Shown piece after piece: positions 10,189 through 19,857 of a DNA stretch of 64,000 nt. The notes beneath the pieces were generated by a model, which was not told where the DNA came from, searched no databases, and saw nothing but the letters and a program-made list of their open reading frames with translations. A program made the translations under genes and the position numbers. Position 1 is the first letter of the stretch, and the number at the start of each line of letters is the position of its first letter. Source of the DNA: an uncultured bacterium (GTDB lineage Bacteria > JAGOEH01); the NCBI GenBank assembly GCA_964632485.1, contig CAZWDO010000004.1:186001-250000 (forward strand), written 5' to 3'.

Positions 10189-11778
10189 TCAGTGGTTCTG
10201 ATAATAAGTATCGGACCCAAAACCGACCATCGGTTTTGGCTTTGGAGCAAATCCAAGTTTCTGTTTGAAAAAGAGAAAGAGCTTATCTGTTATACTTTTT
10301 TCGGAGAAAATCCCTTTATTCTGCCGGAGCGGGATTAATTCGTAGCGGGATTGTTGGATAAATGATGTAGCTGTTTTGAGTAAAGGATCGATATAGGTGC
10401 GCTTGTTGCGTTCTACGTCGGTCATCCAATCACTCAATGTTGACATATCTTTAGTCAAAATAAGGATAATATCACTGGTGGTCGCACAACTGAGAAAATA
10501 GCAGCCCAACAGGGGCGAAGCGTTAAATATGCTGGAGCAAAGGGTTTCTCCGGGATTTTTAAGCAAGGCATTGGCGGCGCGGGCGCGTTTGTACTCCAAA
10601 GAAACTTCAAATATCTTCTGGCACATTTGCTCGATAGCCGCGGCAGCAGCAATGGCTGGACCCGTTCCCGCGCCGAGATCGGCGAATAAACCCGCCGTAG
10701 ATGTTGCAAATTGGATTGATTTGACGGCTCCGGTAGCCAAATGACTGCCTGCTCGTTCTGTAAGTAATTTTTGAACCGCTTTGGCCGCATTGTAAGGATC
10801 CCCCGGCAACAGAAATTGAGCCTGTTTTGTGACTTTGAGGGCCTTATGAGCATCTACTGCAGCCTGGCCCAACTCTTTGGCGGCTTTGTATCCGCTTACG
10901 ACCTGTCCAATAATCGGTAATGCCGTACTTAAAAACTCTTTTAATACCTCAATTCCCAACTCACCGATTATAATGCCGATATCCGCAACATCAAATAGTT
11001 CAAACAATAATTTGAGTACTCGATCAAATCCAGGAATTTTCCATAGTTTCGGCATATTTAGTTCTGGAATATCGATCGCATGTAGATTAATATTCGGTAA
11101 ATTAAATTTAGGCAACTCCGGAAAATTAAGGTCTGGAATGTTAAGGGCCGGGATAGTAATGCTGCTTAATTCGATATCCAACCATTGTGTTGGAAATTTA
11201 GGGACTAACTTGAAATCTACTCGCAACAACCATTCCAGGTCTTTAAGAATGGATGGAAAACTAATGCCGGGGATTTGCCCTAAACGCGCAAGAATTGCTC
11301 TTAAACTTATGTTCGGTAGCATATTAAGCTTGACTCCCCATCCTAAGGGCGCCAGATGAATCTTTAAAAACTCGAGATCAAAACTCGGTAAATCGCCCAG
11401 CCGAATATCAGGAATAAGATTAATATCGAATGGGCTGGGTAAACTCAGGCTGAAATTGGGAATTTCCCCAAATTGCAAGGTTTTAAATTCCTTGAGGTGA
11501 AAAAACTTGAGTAGGTTGAAATTTGGTTTAGGAATTTGCACATCAGGAATATTGATCGTTGGCAACACACTTTTAATACTATTTTTCGCTTTTTCGGCCT
11601 GCGCTTTAATTTCTTTGGCTGCTTTGGCGGCGTTTGATTTTTTCAATACTAACTGAGTTCCCTTAAACATTTCGTTGAGAGCTTGTCGGCGAGATTCATC
11701 AATGAGCTGTTTAGCTTCTCTGATAAGCCTCATCTCTTCGGCTTTAGCCGCTAATTCTTCACTAAATGTTTTACCCAT
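10189..11778 (-). CDS. Hypothetical 529-aa protein with Pro/aliphatic pentapeptide-like repeat region
   Basis: Long ORF with AGGAGA RBS. No recognisable catalytic motif. Confidence 0.8.
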   Translation of the reverse strand: MGKTFSEELAAKAEEMRLIREAKQLIDESRRQALNEMFKGTQLVLKKSNAAKAAKEIKAQAEKAKNSIKSVLPTINIPDVQIPKPNFNLLKFFHLKEFKTLQFGEIPNFSLSLPSPFDINLIPDIRLGDLPSFDLEFLKIHLAPLGWGVKLNMLPNISLRAILARLGQIPGISFPSILKDLEWLLRVDFKLVPKFPTQWLDIELSSITIPALNIPDLNFPELPKFNLPNINLHAIDIPELNMPKLWKIPGFDRVLKLLFELFDVADIGIIIGELGIEVLKEFLSTALPIIGQVVSGYKAAKELGQAAVDAHKALKVTKQAQFLLPGDPYNAAKAVQKLLTERAGSHLATGAVKSIQFATSTAGLFADLGAGTGPAIAAAAAIEQMCQKIFEVSLEYKRARAANALLKNPGETLCSSIFNASPLLGCYFLSCATTSDIILILTKDMSTLSDWMTDVERNKRTYIDPLLKTATSFIQQSRYELIPLRQNKGIFSEKSITDKLFLFFKQKLGFAPKPKPMVGFGSDTYYQNH

Positions 11779-11924
11779 AGTAGATTTCTCCTGGGGGTTA
11801 AGTTTAAATATGTTGTTAAAATTGGTTAATATAGCTTATCCGGATGAAACACCCCAATGCACCTATTCGTTTCAAGATAATAGTTGGTCATTCGTTGCTA
11901 AATGTTTTAGTTTTTGGGACTTGA

Positions 11925-12410
11925 TCATTTATTCCCCAATCGCCCGGCGCTAAGACGGAATAGTATAAAGTCGAAACTATTGCCGAGCAGGTTGCCGATA
12001 CGGATTAACCTTAAGATCACATTAATTTGCATAGCAATTTGTTCTCCATACTGATCCAACAACAGTGACAAAATATCCGGTTCGGGAACTCCATTGTTTT
12101 CCGCCCAGTTCTGGGCATAGCCTAAAGCGACATATTCTGTTTCAGGGCAATGATCTACCACACCTGATAAAAATAAATCCACATCTTCTTTGGTAAGACC
12201 ACAAGTTGTGGCAACCCTTCGATGAAACCGCGCGCAATAACGACAGCGATTCGCCGCCGTTACTACCAGCATCAACCGCTCACGAAAGGCATGTGAAATT
12301 TCACTGCTTAAGAGAAGTTTGACTAAGATGGGAGGGTTATGAACCACCAAACCCAAGTCCTTAAGTAATTCAAAAATATTCCGGTAATATCGTCTATTGA
12401 ATTTATGCAT
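11925..12410 (-). CDS. AhpD/carboxymuconolactone decarboxylase family protein
   Basis: RERLMLVVTAANRCRYCARFH (CxxCxxxH). Confidence 0.85.
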   Translation of the reverse strand: MHKFNRRYYRNIFELLKDLGLVVHNPPILVKLLLSSEISHAFRERLMLVVTAANRCRYCARFHRRVATTCGLTKEDVDLFLSGVVDHCPETEYVALGYAQNWAENNGVPEPDILSLLLDQYGEQIAMQINVILRLIRIGNLLGNSFDFILFRLSAGRLGNK

Positions 12411-12413
12411 GGT

Positions 12414-13205
12414 TCATTCGGGTCCGACGTTCAGATTAGCCTCAAGAATGGTGACAGCCTGGCCGGCAATCAATACCCGATCCCCTGCGACTTTGATTTT
12501 CAGCAGCCCCCCTCTTTCAGAGACCTGGTAAGCCACAAAAAAATCTTTTCCCAGTTTCTTTTGCCAGTAAGGACCGAGGCAACAATGCGCAGAACCGGTT
12601 ACCGGGTCCTCAAAGATTCCCACTTCCGGGGCAAAAAACCGCGAAACGAAATCGAATTGTTCTGATTTTGCGGTAACAATTACTCCCCGCGCCTTGAGGT
12701 TCATCAACTCTGAAAAATTGGGGTTCAAATTTTTAACAGCGTATTCCGATTCCACTTCTATAATATAATCGAATATACTTTTTCCCACATAGAGCGCGGG
12801 AATGTTAAATGCTTTTTCCAAAGCGTCAGGTATTGGAGTATCTATCGGCGGAGTGGCTGGGAAATTGAGCTCAATCCAGCCGGTGTTATCTTGTTGAGCC
12901 ACTAAAATGCCGCTTTTAGTAAAAAAACGCGCGGGCGTTTCTGGTTTTAAAAAACCCCTTTCCCATAAAATATGGGCGCTAGCCAGTGTAGCATGGCCGC
13001 ACAGGTCAACTTCAGAGTTGGGCGTAAACCAGCGAAGTTTGAATCCATTTTCGTGTGGAACGAGAAAAGCAGTTTCTGATTGGTTCATCTCCTGAGCTAC
13101 ATGCTGCATCCAGCTTTCAGATAATTCGCAATCGTGAATACAAACTGCTGCTGGGTTCCCCTTGAATGGCTGGTCAGTAAAAGCATCAACCAAGTAGATT
13201 TTCAT
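12414..13205 (-). CDS. PhzF family epimerase/isomerase
   Basis: VDAFTDQPFKGNPAAV, SETAF, EVDLCGHATLA and EDPVTGSA. Confidence 0.93.
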   Translation of the reverse strand: MKIYLVDAFTDQPFKGNPAAVCIHDCELSESWMQHVAQEMNQSETAFLVPHENGFKLRWFTPNSEVDLCGHATLASAHILWERGFLKPETPARFFTKSGILVAQQDNTGWIELNFPATPPIDTPIPDALEKAFNIPALYVGKSIFDYIIEVESEYAVKNLNPNFSELMNLKARGVIVTAKSEQFDFVSRFFAPEVGIFEDPVTGSAHCCLGPYWQKKLGKDFFVAYQVSERGGLLKIKVAGDRVLIAGQAVTILEANLNVGPE

Positions 13206-13325
13206 GCAGGCTCCTTTTTTAATTGATGATAATTTATGGATTACTTTTTTATAAGTACTATAATTGCGTTTTGATTGAGTTTTTTAGGATAACTCTGTGA
13301 TTTTGAAATGGATTTTGCAACTCCC

Positions 13326-14360
13326 TTAGCGTTTATCCAGACTGGATCGCAAGTCATAAATAATTTTAGCGTCCATCCAATATATATCTGAGTTCCCATT
13401 TTGGGGGATGGTTAATAGATTTTTAAAAAATTGGGCGGTTAATCGCTGGGGTTGCTGATCGGCGGGCAATCCCCTGGTCGCCATAAAAAATATGTATTGA
13501 TTGTCGGGAGAAACATAAAACGACCATTCCTCGCCTGTTGGCGAATTGATATTGGGTCCCATATTAATTGGCTCCTGCCAGCTATCGTCGTCATTTCTGA
13601 AAACGATATAATAATCGACACCGCCAAAACTATCAGGCATTCCAAGCGCCGGCACGACAATATAGCTTTCATCCTGAGCAATATAAGCATTGAATCGATT
13701 GGTTCCGCAATTAACCTGCTCAGGGAGTTTTTCGGGAATAGTATATTGTCCGTTCACCAACCGGGAACGATAGACAAAATGAATACGCTGACCCGCTTCA
13801 GCCCTGGTAAAATATAGAGTGCCATCATGGGTTAAAGACGGATAAAATTCTCGTCCTTCCGTATTAATTGGCGCTCCCAGATTGTAGGGTTTCCCCCATT
13901 CTCCGTTCGTCTTTTCGACTACCCAGATATCTTCATCGCCCGGAATGTCGCTGCTATCCTTGGGCAAGTTAGAAAGAAAGAACATTTTCTGGCCGTCATA
14001 ACTTAAACAGGGTTCCAAATAAATATATCGAGGATCGTTAGCAAATGCTGCAGCTTCGGGTTTTGTCCATATCCCATTGGTACATTGGGTAAAAAGAATT
14101 GTCGAATAGCTGAAGTCCATGGAATGAAGTCCAAAATAGATCTCTTTCGCGTCCGGGGAAATGGCAACATCCCGATTGGGCAAGCCATCGGAAATAATTC
14201 CCGGAGCAAAAAGTTCGGGAGTTGTTCCGGATATTTTTTGACCCAAATAGGGCCCTTTTAAAACAGGGAATTTTTGGAGATGATTCATTTTCTCCTGGGC
14301 GAAAATTGGATAAATGGATAATGTCCATGCAAAGAAAAGAATTAGTTTAACTGTTCTCAT
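13326..14360 (-). CDS. Exported PD40/TolB-like beta-propeller protein
   Basis: Signal peptide, GPYLGQK...PELFAPGIIS, repeated NLGAPINT/NMGPNINS units and SDIYW. Start at ATG 14360 after AGGAGA. Confidence 0.8.
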   Translation of the reverse strand: MRTVKLILFFAWTLSIYPIFAQEKMNHLQKFPVLKGPYLGQKISGTTPELFAPGIISDGLPNRDVAISPDAKEIYFGLHSMDFSYSTILFTQCTNGIWTKPEAAAFANDPRYIYLEPCLSYDGQKMFFLSNLPKDSSDIPGDEDIWVVEKTNGEWGKPYNLGAPINTEGREFYPSLTHDGTLYFTRAEAGQRIHFVYRSRLVNGQYTIPEKLPEQVNCGTNRFNAYIAQDESYIVVPALGMPDSFGGVDYYIVFRNDDDSWQEPINMGPNINSPTGEEWSFYVSPDNQYIFFMATRGLPADQQPQRLTAQFFKNLLTIPQNGNSDIYWMDAKIIYDLRSSLDKR

Positions 14361-14672
14361 AGTGTCTCCTTTTTTGGTATTTACCTGAGTTTTCATTGGG
14401 AATGAAACTAAGTGTAGGTTTTATGCATCCGGATGAGCGATATTCATTGTATCAGAGCAATTTGCATGAAAAATGCATTTTTTTTATCCCTATCAGCGGC
14501 ATATAACGCGCTTAGCCATTTTCAGGCTCAATTCCTTTCGAGCCTTTATCCAATTAAGTCTGACGAAATTAATTTCAAGCTTGCGCAGTCAGAAAAAATA
14601 GTTTTGATACTGTGATGAGAATTGTTGGATACCGCTCACGTATGGTTTAAGCAAAATATCCGATTTCCAATA

Positions 14673-14960
14673 TTACTTGATTTTAACCAAGTGATTGCTA
14701 ATCAATTCTTTGATAAATATGCTGATATCTACGTTACAGGTTGGCTCATCAATTTGATATTCATTTACCAACAATCTGCAAAGCTCACTCAAAGTCGTGG
14801 GCGCTTCTAAAAGCTCCCATATTCTGCTGCCGATATCGTCTAAGGTGTAATAATTGCCAATATCCAGATTCATCAATACAAATTGGCTGTCGATCTGAGA
14901 AAAAATAGCTTGGGGGTTTCTGCAAATAATCGATTCTGGGGATAATACTGAATTTTTCAT
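14673..14960 (-). CDS. PqqD-family / RiPP recognition element protein (lasso B1-like)
   Basis: 95 aa with VLMNLDIGNYYTLDDIGSRIWELL...LVNEYQID...DISIFIKEL; GGAG RBS. Confidence 0.88.
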   Translation of the reverse strand: MKNSVLSPESIICRNPQAIFSQIDSQFVLMNLDIGNYYTLDDIGSRIWELLEAPTTLSELCRLLVNEYQIDEPTCNVDISIFIKELISNHLVKIK

Positions 14961-15026
14961 ATTCGCTCCGCTAATTTTGAAGTTAATGGGTCAGATCATT
15001 TTGAATTAAACTAATCTGCTAAAATT

Positions 15027-16748
15027 TCATCTTACAGCCAGAGTATCAAAATGCTGGATGAAGGCTTCAACCTGGCGAATCGTAGTCGGATCAACATCTT
15101 TTCTACTTTTCATTTGTTTAAGATATTTGAGTCCATCAGAAATTTTACCCGTATTGATAAGAGACATTCCGGTATAATATAGCCAGGCTGTGTAATTAAT
15201 ATCAATTACTTTATCCTGATTTTTATAAAGAATTTGATAGGCCAACTCCGGTCTTTGAAGTTTAAGATAGATTTTCCCTAAAGCGGTAATGGCGTATTCA
15301 CAATTGCAGTCATTCAACGCAAAATTAGCTTCCTGTTCCGCCAAATCGAACCGCTTATGCTCAATTAGTATTCCAAGGTATTCTTGCGAATAGAAGCATT
15401 GTTTGATATGAGCTGATTCTTCCGGAAAAAAATGAAAATAATAAAATAAAAAAATAGTCGCTCCAATAGAAAGAATAAAATATGGTTTCTGCAAAAATGG
15501 TTTGCCTTTAATAAAAAGAATGCATTGATGGATGTAAAACGCGGCAGGTATCGTAAGAGCCGCTACGATCGGCAGGCGATACCTGCTTGTAATCAGGGTG
15601 ATTATAAAAGATAACGAAAAAACAGTAATCCAAATGATCAGCAGATAAATTCGGGGATATCGGCGAAAAGAGAGTATCAGGCCAATCAGCCCAAGTGGAA
15701 AGAGGATGCTCATTCGAACTGGAAATGCCTGGATGAATCCCGAGATCTGATAGAATTGGTAAAAATCGATATTTTCAGGAATTTCATAACTGGAAAACCA
15801 AAGATACGCATCCTGAGTTTTATTTTGCAGCCATCCTTTAAAGTAATTCCATGACGTTTTATTTTTGATCGCTGGATGTAACCTCTGATCTCGTTCGCCG
15901 CGGTTCATATATTTATAGACATCTCCTCCCACGCGCTTATTGAGATCATTTTTGACTTTGCCAATATGGTTGAATAAATTAAAATGATTGATTAGCCCTA
16001 ACTGTGAATTTTGGATCAAAATCCGGTTGCTGCGCCATCTGAACGGACCCAGTATAAGGAATAATCCCAAAAGAAAAATCATTAGAAGTTGTACTATTTG
16101 TTTCTTCCCATGTCGCCTAAACCAAAACACAAGCAAACTCAGAGCTATAATAAGTAAAATGTAGAAATTGAACCGAAAACAAATTGCCAAAGAGAATGTT
16201 AAGCCATAAAGAAAAATAATTTTCATAGAAACAGGCTCTCGGCTTTTGCTCTGTAAATATATTTTGTAGCTGATAGCGAGGATGGATAAAAATAGAAAAA
16301 CAGCAATCGATTCTCTTAACAATAATAATTCATAGACCCAAAAAATTCCCGAAAAAATATAAAGTATCACCGCCAGATATGCGATGGAGTAATTTCTATA
16401 AATCGAATGGGCACAGTAATAGATCAGATAAACATTGGCAGCGCCTAATACAATTTGAAAGACAATTGGGACAAAAATACTTTTTGACTGAAAAATGATA
16501 ATGAATAAACCCAACAAATCGGGATAAATATGTTTGAGGGATGAAAAATCGGAATTGATATGAATAAATCCTTCCCTATATCGCTGAATTCCGGATTGAT
16601 ACCAGTGGATCATATCTGTGCCCTGATGAAAATTGTAGTGAAGGAGCATCGTTTGGAAATGAGTAGAAACTAAATAGATAACTCGTGCGCATAATGCTAA
16701 TAGAAAAAGTGAGTGGATGGTTATCTTAGAATTATTAAATTTTTTCAT
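15027..16748 (-). CDS. Multi-TM GT-C glycosyltransferase (ArnT/PMT-like) with C-terminal TPR-like helices
   Basis: About 11 TM segments, early loop acidic residue (GTDMIHW), YELLLLRES, SRYRLPI, and a helical TPR-like tail. Confidence 0.75.
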   Translation of the reverse strand: MKKFNNSKITIHSLFLLALCARVIYLVSTHFQTMLLHYNFHQGTDMIHWYQSGIQRYREGFIHINSDFSSLKHIYPDLLGLFIIIFQSKSIFVPIVFQIVLGAANVYLIYYCAHSIYRNYSIAYLAVILYIFSGIFWVYELLLLRESIAVFLFLSILAISYKIYLQSKSREPVSMKIIFLYGLTFSLAICFRFNFYILLIIALSLLVFWFRRHGKKQIVQLLMIFLLGLFLILGPFRWRSNRILIQNSQLGLINHFNLFNHIGKVKNDLNKRVGGDVYKYMNRGERDQRLHPAIKNKTSWNYFKGWLQNKTQDAYLWFSSYEIPENIDFYQFYQISGFIQAFPVRMSILFPLGLIGLILSFRRYPRIYLLIIWITVFSLSFIITLITSRYRLPIVAALTIPAAFYIHQCILFIKGKPFLQKPYFILSIGATIFLFYYFHFFPEESAHIKQCFYSQEYLGILIEHKRFDLAEQEANFALNDCNCEYAITALGKIYLKLQRPELAYQILYKNQDKVIDINYTAWLYYTGMSLINTGKISDGLKYLKQMKSRKDVDPTTIRQVEAFIQHFDTLAVR

Positions 16749-16929
16749 GGCCTTTTTGCTCTAAAATAGTTACTTTGATTATAAAAGAGTCTAAAACTTG
16801 ATTTAATGATTGCAAGCGCTTCAGCTTTCAGATATAAATTCGCAATAAATATTATGCTGAGAAGCTTCATTTGAAGATAGGGAATTAAAGTAGAATGTCA
16901 GTAATGGCGAAAATTGCGTATCATAAATT

Positions 16930-18126
16930 TTAATTATGGTGTTTAAGGACGCAACGGCGCCAAACGCCCAAAAAAAATTGGAGAATATAATATAAAAAAA
17001 ATAGGGAATTCGGTAAGCGTAGTATCTTCCAATTTCTATAATCGGTTCGCAAATTGAATAAAATGTGAGATTTATAAGCAATCCCCTTTTTTAAATCCAT
17101 TAAATATATCATATTAACAAATAAAGACATAGCAATGTCTGATGGAAAAGTATGGTATTGTATGAAATTCAGGGACTTTTTTGCTAATTGATGGGCATGG
17201 GAGCTTAAAATGCGGGTAGATTGTAAGGATTCAGGTATTTTTAAATTAAATAGGGAATGACATAGTAATAATGTTTGTCCAAGAATCCTGTCTAAATTGT
17301 ATTCGGTTGAAATATCTAATATTTTTAGCCAATTAATCTGAGTATCTTTTTTTATAATTTCAGTTAAGTCAAGTATCCATTTAATGGAAGACCATCCATG
17401 TTTTGCGCCATGAACACCCAGAAAAAGAAATAAAAATTCCGTATCAAATATGTTTATTTCTTTTTCGCCCAAATAAACGGGATTTATGTAGCGTTGAAGT
17501 TCCTGAAATTGGATTGGAAATAATTTCGAATCATTAAATAAACGCCAATGAAGTTCAATGATCAAGTTGTTGGTTGAATGGCGATAATTATAGGTATGGT
17601 ATATTTTATAAAATTCTCTTTGTTGGTTTTTATTTAATGCAAAATCAGGAAAAATACGTTTATAACCGAGTTCGATTAGTATGTGATGAGCATTTTCAAT
17701 ATCGTTATCCGAAATTAAAATATCCAAATCGATTGATTTTCGCAAATTGTAATTTTTAAAAATTTTATAACCTAATAGTGGCCCTTTTAACGCGATATAT
17801 GCAAGATTCGCAATCCCGAAAGCAAGGGCGATGCGATTTAATTCGGAAAGCAGTAAAAAATTAGTTTGGGTGGTAGTATGGTAATCTTCATGCAATTTAT
17901 ATAATAATGATGCAGGAATAGATTTTTCTTTAATTTGATTTAAATTTAGCCATACAATGGGTTGGACGGAATGAATCTGTGTCAAATGATAAAATCGTGT
18001 CCAATTTATTCGGTTGGTCAAATTTTTTAAAATATTGGGTTGATAGTATTCTCTGTGGTGGAAATGCAGACAAGAAAGTAAAAGTTCAATTTCGGGAGAA
18101 GCCTTTAACCTCAATAATTTTTTCAT
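16930..18126 (-). CDS. Nucleotidyltransferase family protein (NTP_transf_5-like)
   Basis: LKGPLLG...RKSIDLDILI, IELHWRL and HGAKHGW...WILD. Start is ATG 18126 or TTG 18138. Confidence 0.85.
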   Translation of the reverse strand: MKKLLRLKASPEIELLLSCLHFHHREYYQPNILKNLTNRINWTRFYHLTQIHSVQPIVWLNLNQIKEKSIPASLLYKLHEDYHTTTQTNFLLLSELNRIALAFGIANLAYIALKGPLLGYKIFKNYNLRKSIDLDILISDNDIENAHHILIELGYKRIFPDFALNKNQQREFYKIYHTYNYRHSTNNLIIELHWRLFNDSKLFPIQFQELQRYINPVYLGEKEINIFDTEFLFLFLGVHGAKHGWSSIKWILDLTEIIKKDTQINWLKILDISTEYNLDRILGQTLLLCHSLFNLKIPESLQSTRILSSHAHQLAKKSLNFIQYHTFPSDIAMSLFVNMIYLMDLKKGIAYKSHILFNLRTDYRNWKILRLPNSLFFLYYILQFFLGVWRRCVLKHHN

Positions 18127-18320
18127 AGGTAATAGCAATAGTAATATTGGGGGCAGAATTTTAAATTACAAATTTTTTGAACATAGCTGTCGCTCGGTGA
18201 ATATAATTAGCCAATAGATGTATCTACACTATATATAGGTGTTTTCCAATTAAAAATCAAGTAAATAAATTTGAAAATTGAATAGTGCGCAAGATTTAAT
18301 GGATTGGCCTACTATTTGAA

Positions 18321-18425
18321 ATTATCATTGCAGATACGAGTATTATCAGTTTTGATAATTTTTTTATTGCTTATTGGCCTCAAATCGTGTATTTTAGTTG
18401 AATATAGAGTTGGCATAAAAAGTGC
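18321..18425 (+). promoter_or_regulatory. Sigma54 (-24/-12) promoter with tandem upstream palindromic enhancer sites
   Basis: TGGCATAAAAAGTGC (18411-18425) has exact GG-N10-GC spacing. Perfect palindrome ATTATCA-N4-TGATAAT (18342-18359) with a degenerate copy starting 21 bp earlier (18321). Confidence 0.7.
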
Positions 18426-18499
18426 CCTCCTTATTTATGGCCAAAAGTGTTTTTCCCGGGAAGAAAAGATCAACTCACAAACAAATTAAGGAGAAAAAA

Positions 18500-19333
18500 A
18501 TGCGAAATCTACTTACAATCCTAATGGTTCTCGTATCAATGCTTGGAAACATAGCTGTCGCATCACCCAGTACTGAAAGTAGCGCAGAAACTGAAGTTAT
18601 TACCGATTCTGCAATGGAACGTTTACAAATTGAGGCCCAACAATTGGAACAGGAGCGATTGGAATTTGAGCAATCCAGCCAGGAAATGGAAGTAGAGCGT
18701 CTTCTTATGGAGCAGCAGATGCGAATTGACTCGTTAGAGATGCGGCTGGAGAAAATGGTTATCGAGGAAATGGATAACAACCCTTATGCAACCGGGGAAA
18801 TATTGAATTGGGGAACTGGTTGGAATTTAAAAATACAATATGCTACGACTAATCAGCGAAGTTTTGAAATTGGGTATTTGCGGTTCTTGAAATCAACCAA
18901 ATTTTTCCGGACAAAAGGATATCTGGGAAATCGGGCTGGAGTTCGTGTTGGTTTCGCTTTAGGGGTTACCTCATTTTATGATGAAATCGTGATTAATACT
19001 AAAAACGAGACAACCTATGCCTCTTCAGGCGCCATCTTCTCTGGTAAATTGGGTATGGCAACGCCGGTATTGCTGAATTTTATCAGTACCTCCCATTATT
19101 TTGAACTACTCTATGTAATTCCTTCTGAGAATGGAGCGAATCTTACTGCCAACAAATGGGGGTTAACCATGGGCCATGAGTTGGAATTCTGGATTACAAA
19201 AAAGTCAAATTTTATTATCGGCTTAAAAACAGGCGGGGATTTTAGCGCGGTTTTACACACTGGTGATAAAAAAGAAAATGTGATTTTACCCGATGAAGTG
19301 AGACCCTATTTTGGATTTAAGTTTTACTTCTAA
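18500..19333 (+). CDS. Putative outer-membrane beta-barrel protein with N-terminal coiled coil
   Basis: Signal peptide, E/Q-rich heptad stretch, amphipathic beta-strands and C-terminal YFGFKFYF (Bam-type signature). ATG 18500 follows AAGGAG. Confidence 0.65.
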   Translation: MRNLLTILMVLVSMLGNIAVASPSTESSAETEVITDSAMERLQIEAQQLEQERLEFEQSSQEMEVERLLMEQQMRIDSLEMRLEKMVIEEMDNNPYATGEILNWGTGWNLKIQYATTNQRSFEIGYLRFLKSTKFFRTKGYLGNRAGVRVGFALGVTSFYDEIVINTKNETTYASSGAIFSGKLGMATPVLLNFISTSHYFELLYVIPSENGANLTANKWGLTMGHELEFWITKKSNFIIGLKTGGDFSAVLHTGDKKENVILPDEVRPYFGFKFYF

Positions 19334-19353
19334 TGAAAAGGTAGATTAAACCG

Positions 19354-19857
19354 ATGATTTACGAACTGATAACACGATTTTTTGGCAGTGGGATCGCCTC
19401 TATCATCTATTTTCTTGCCATGGTAGCCCATTATGACACTCCGATTCTTGAAATCGAAACCCAGCTTCAATGCCCCGTCACGGATGAAATTGCGAGTATT
19501 GTCAAGAAGGATTTCACATTTCGTATCGAGTATTACGGTTCCGTTATTATTAATGATAAAAAAGCATTCAATACGAAAACAGTAAACGAATTATCATACC
19601 GTGACGGGTGGGTTATAAATGGAGAAAGTGTTGCAGAAAATGAGATCCAGGAACGCATGGGCCGGGTTTCCCTCCAAATTTCATTGCCTGAACTGAAAGA
19701 AAATGATGAAATATTGGTTTTTATCAAAGGAACGATACTTCCCGATGATGAGTTTAAAAAATCAACAGGGCTGACTACTCGCATCCTTTGGAATTACTAT
19801 ATCCCCCGAATCAAGATGGTTTTCGTCTATCAGGCAGGGAGAATGGCGCCGAAATGA
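19354..19857 (+). CDS. Membrane-anchored/periplasmic accessory protein (DUF4390-like by position and pattern)
   Basis: N-terminal hydrophobic anchor; ATGA-coupled to the NtrY-like kinase. Confidence 0.55.
   Translation: MIYELITRFFGSGIASIIYFLAMVAHYDTPILEIETQLQCPVTDEIASIVKKDFTFRIEYYGSVIINDKKAFNTKTVNELSYRDGWVINGESVAENEIQERMGRVSLQISLPELKENDEILVFIKGTILPDDEFKKSTGLTTRILWNYYIPRIKMVFVYQAGRMAPK

Noticed and set aside
14501-14630. attC-like ends (minus strand ATCCAAC...GTTATAT); similar pair at 50132-50261
   Set aside because: No complementary L boxes or overall hairpin, and such 7-mers are common by chance.
16745-16870. 41-codon minus-strand ORF (MKLLSIIFIANLY...) between the NTase and GT-C genes as RiPP precursor
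   Set aside because: No RBS, no YxxP leader, and no Thr(-2)/Gly/acidic ring pattern.
18226-18241. NrdR-box-like ACACTATATATAGGTG
   Set aside because: It is a single copy about 6 kb from nrdD and coincides with a likely minus-strand -10 element.
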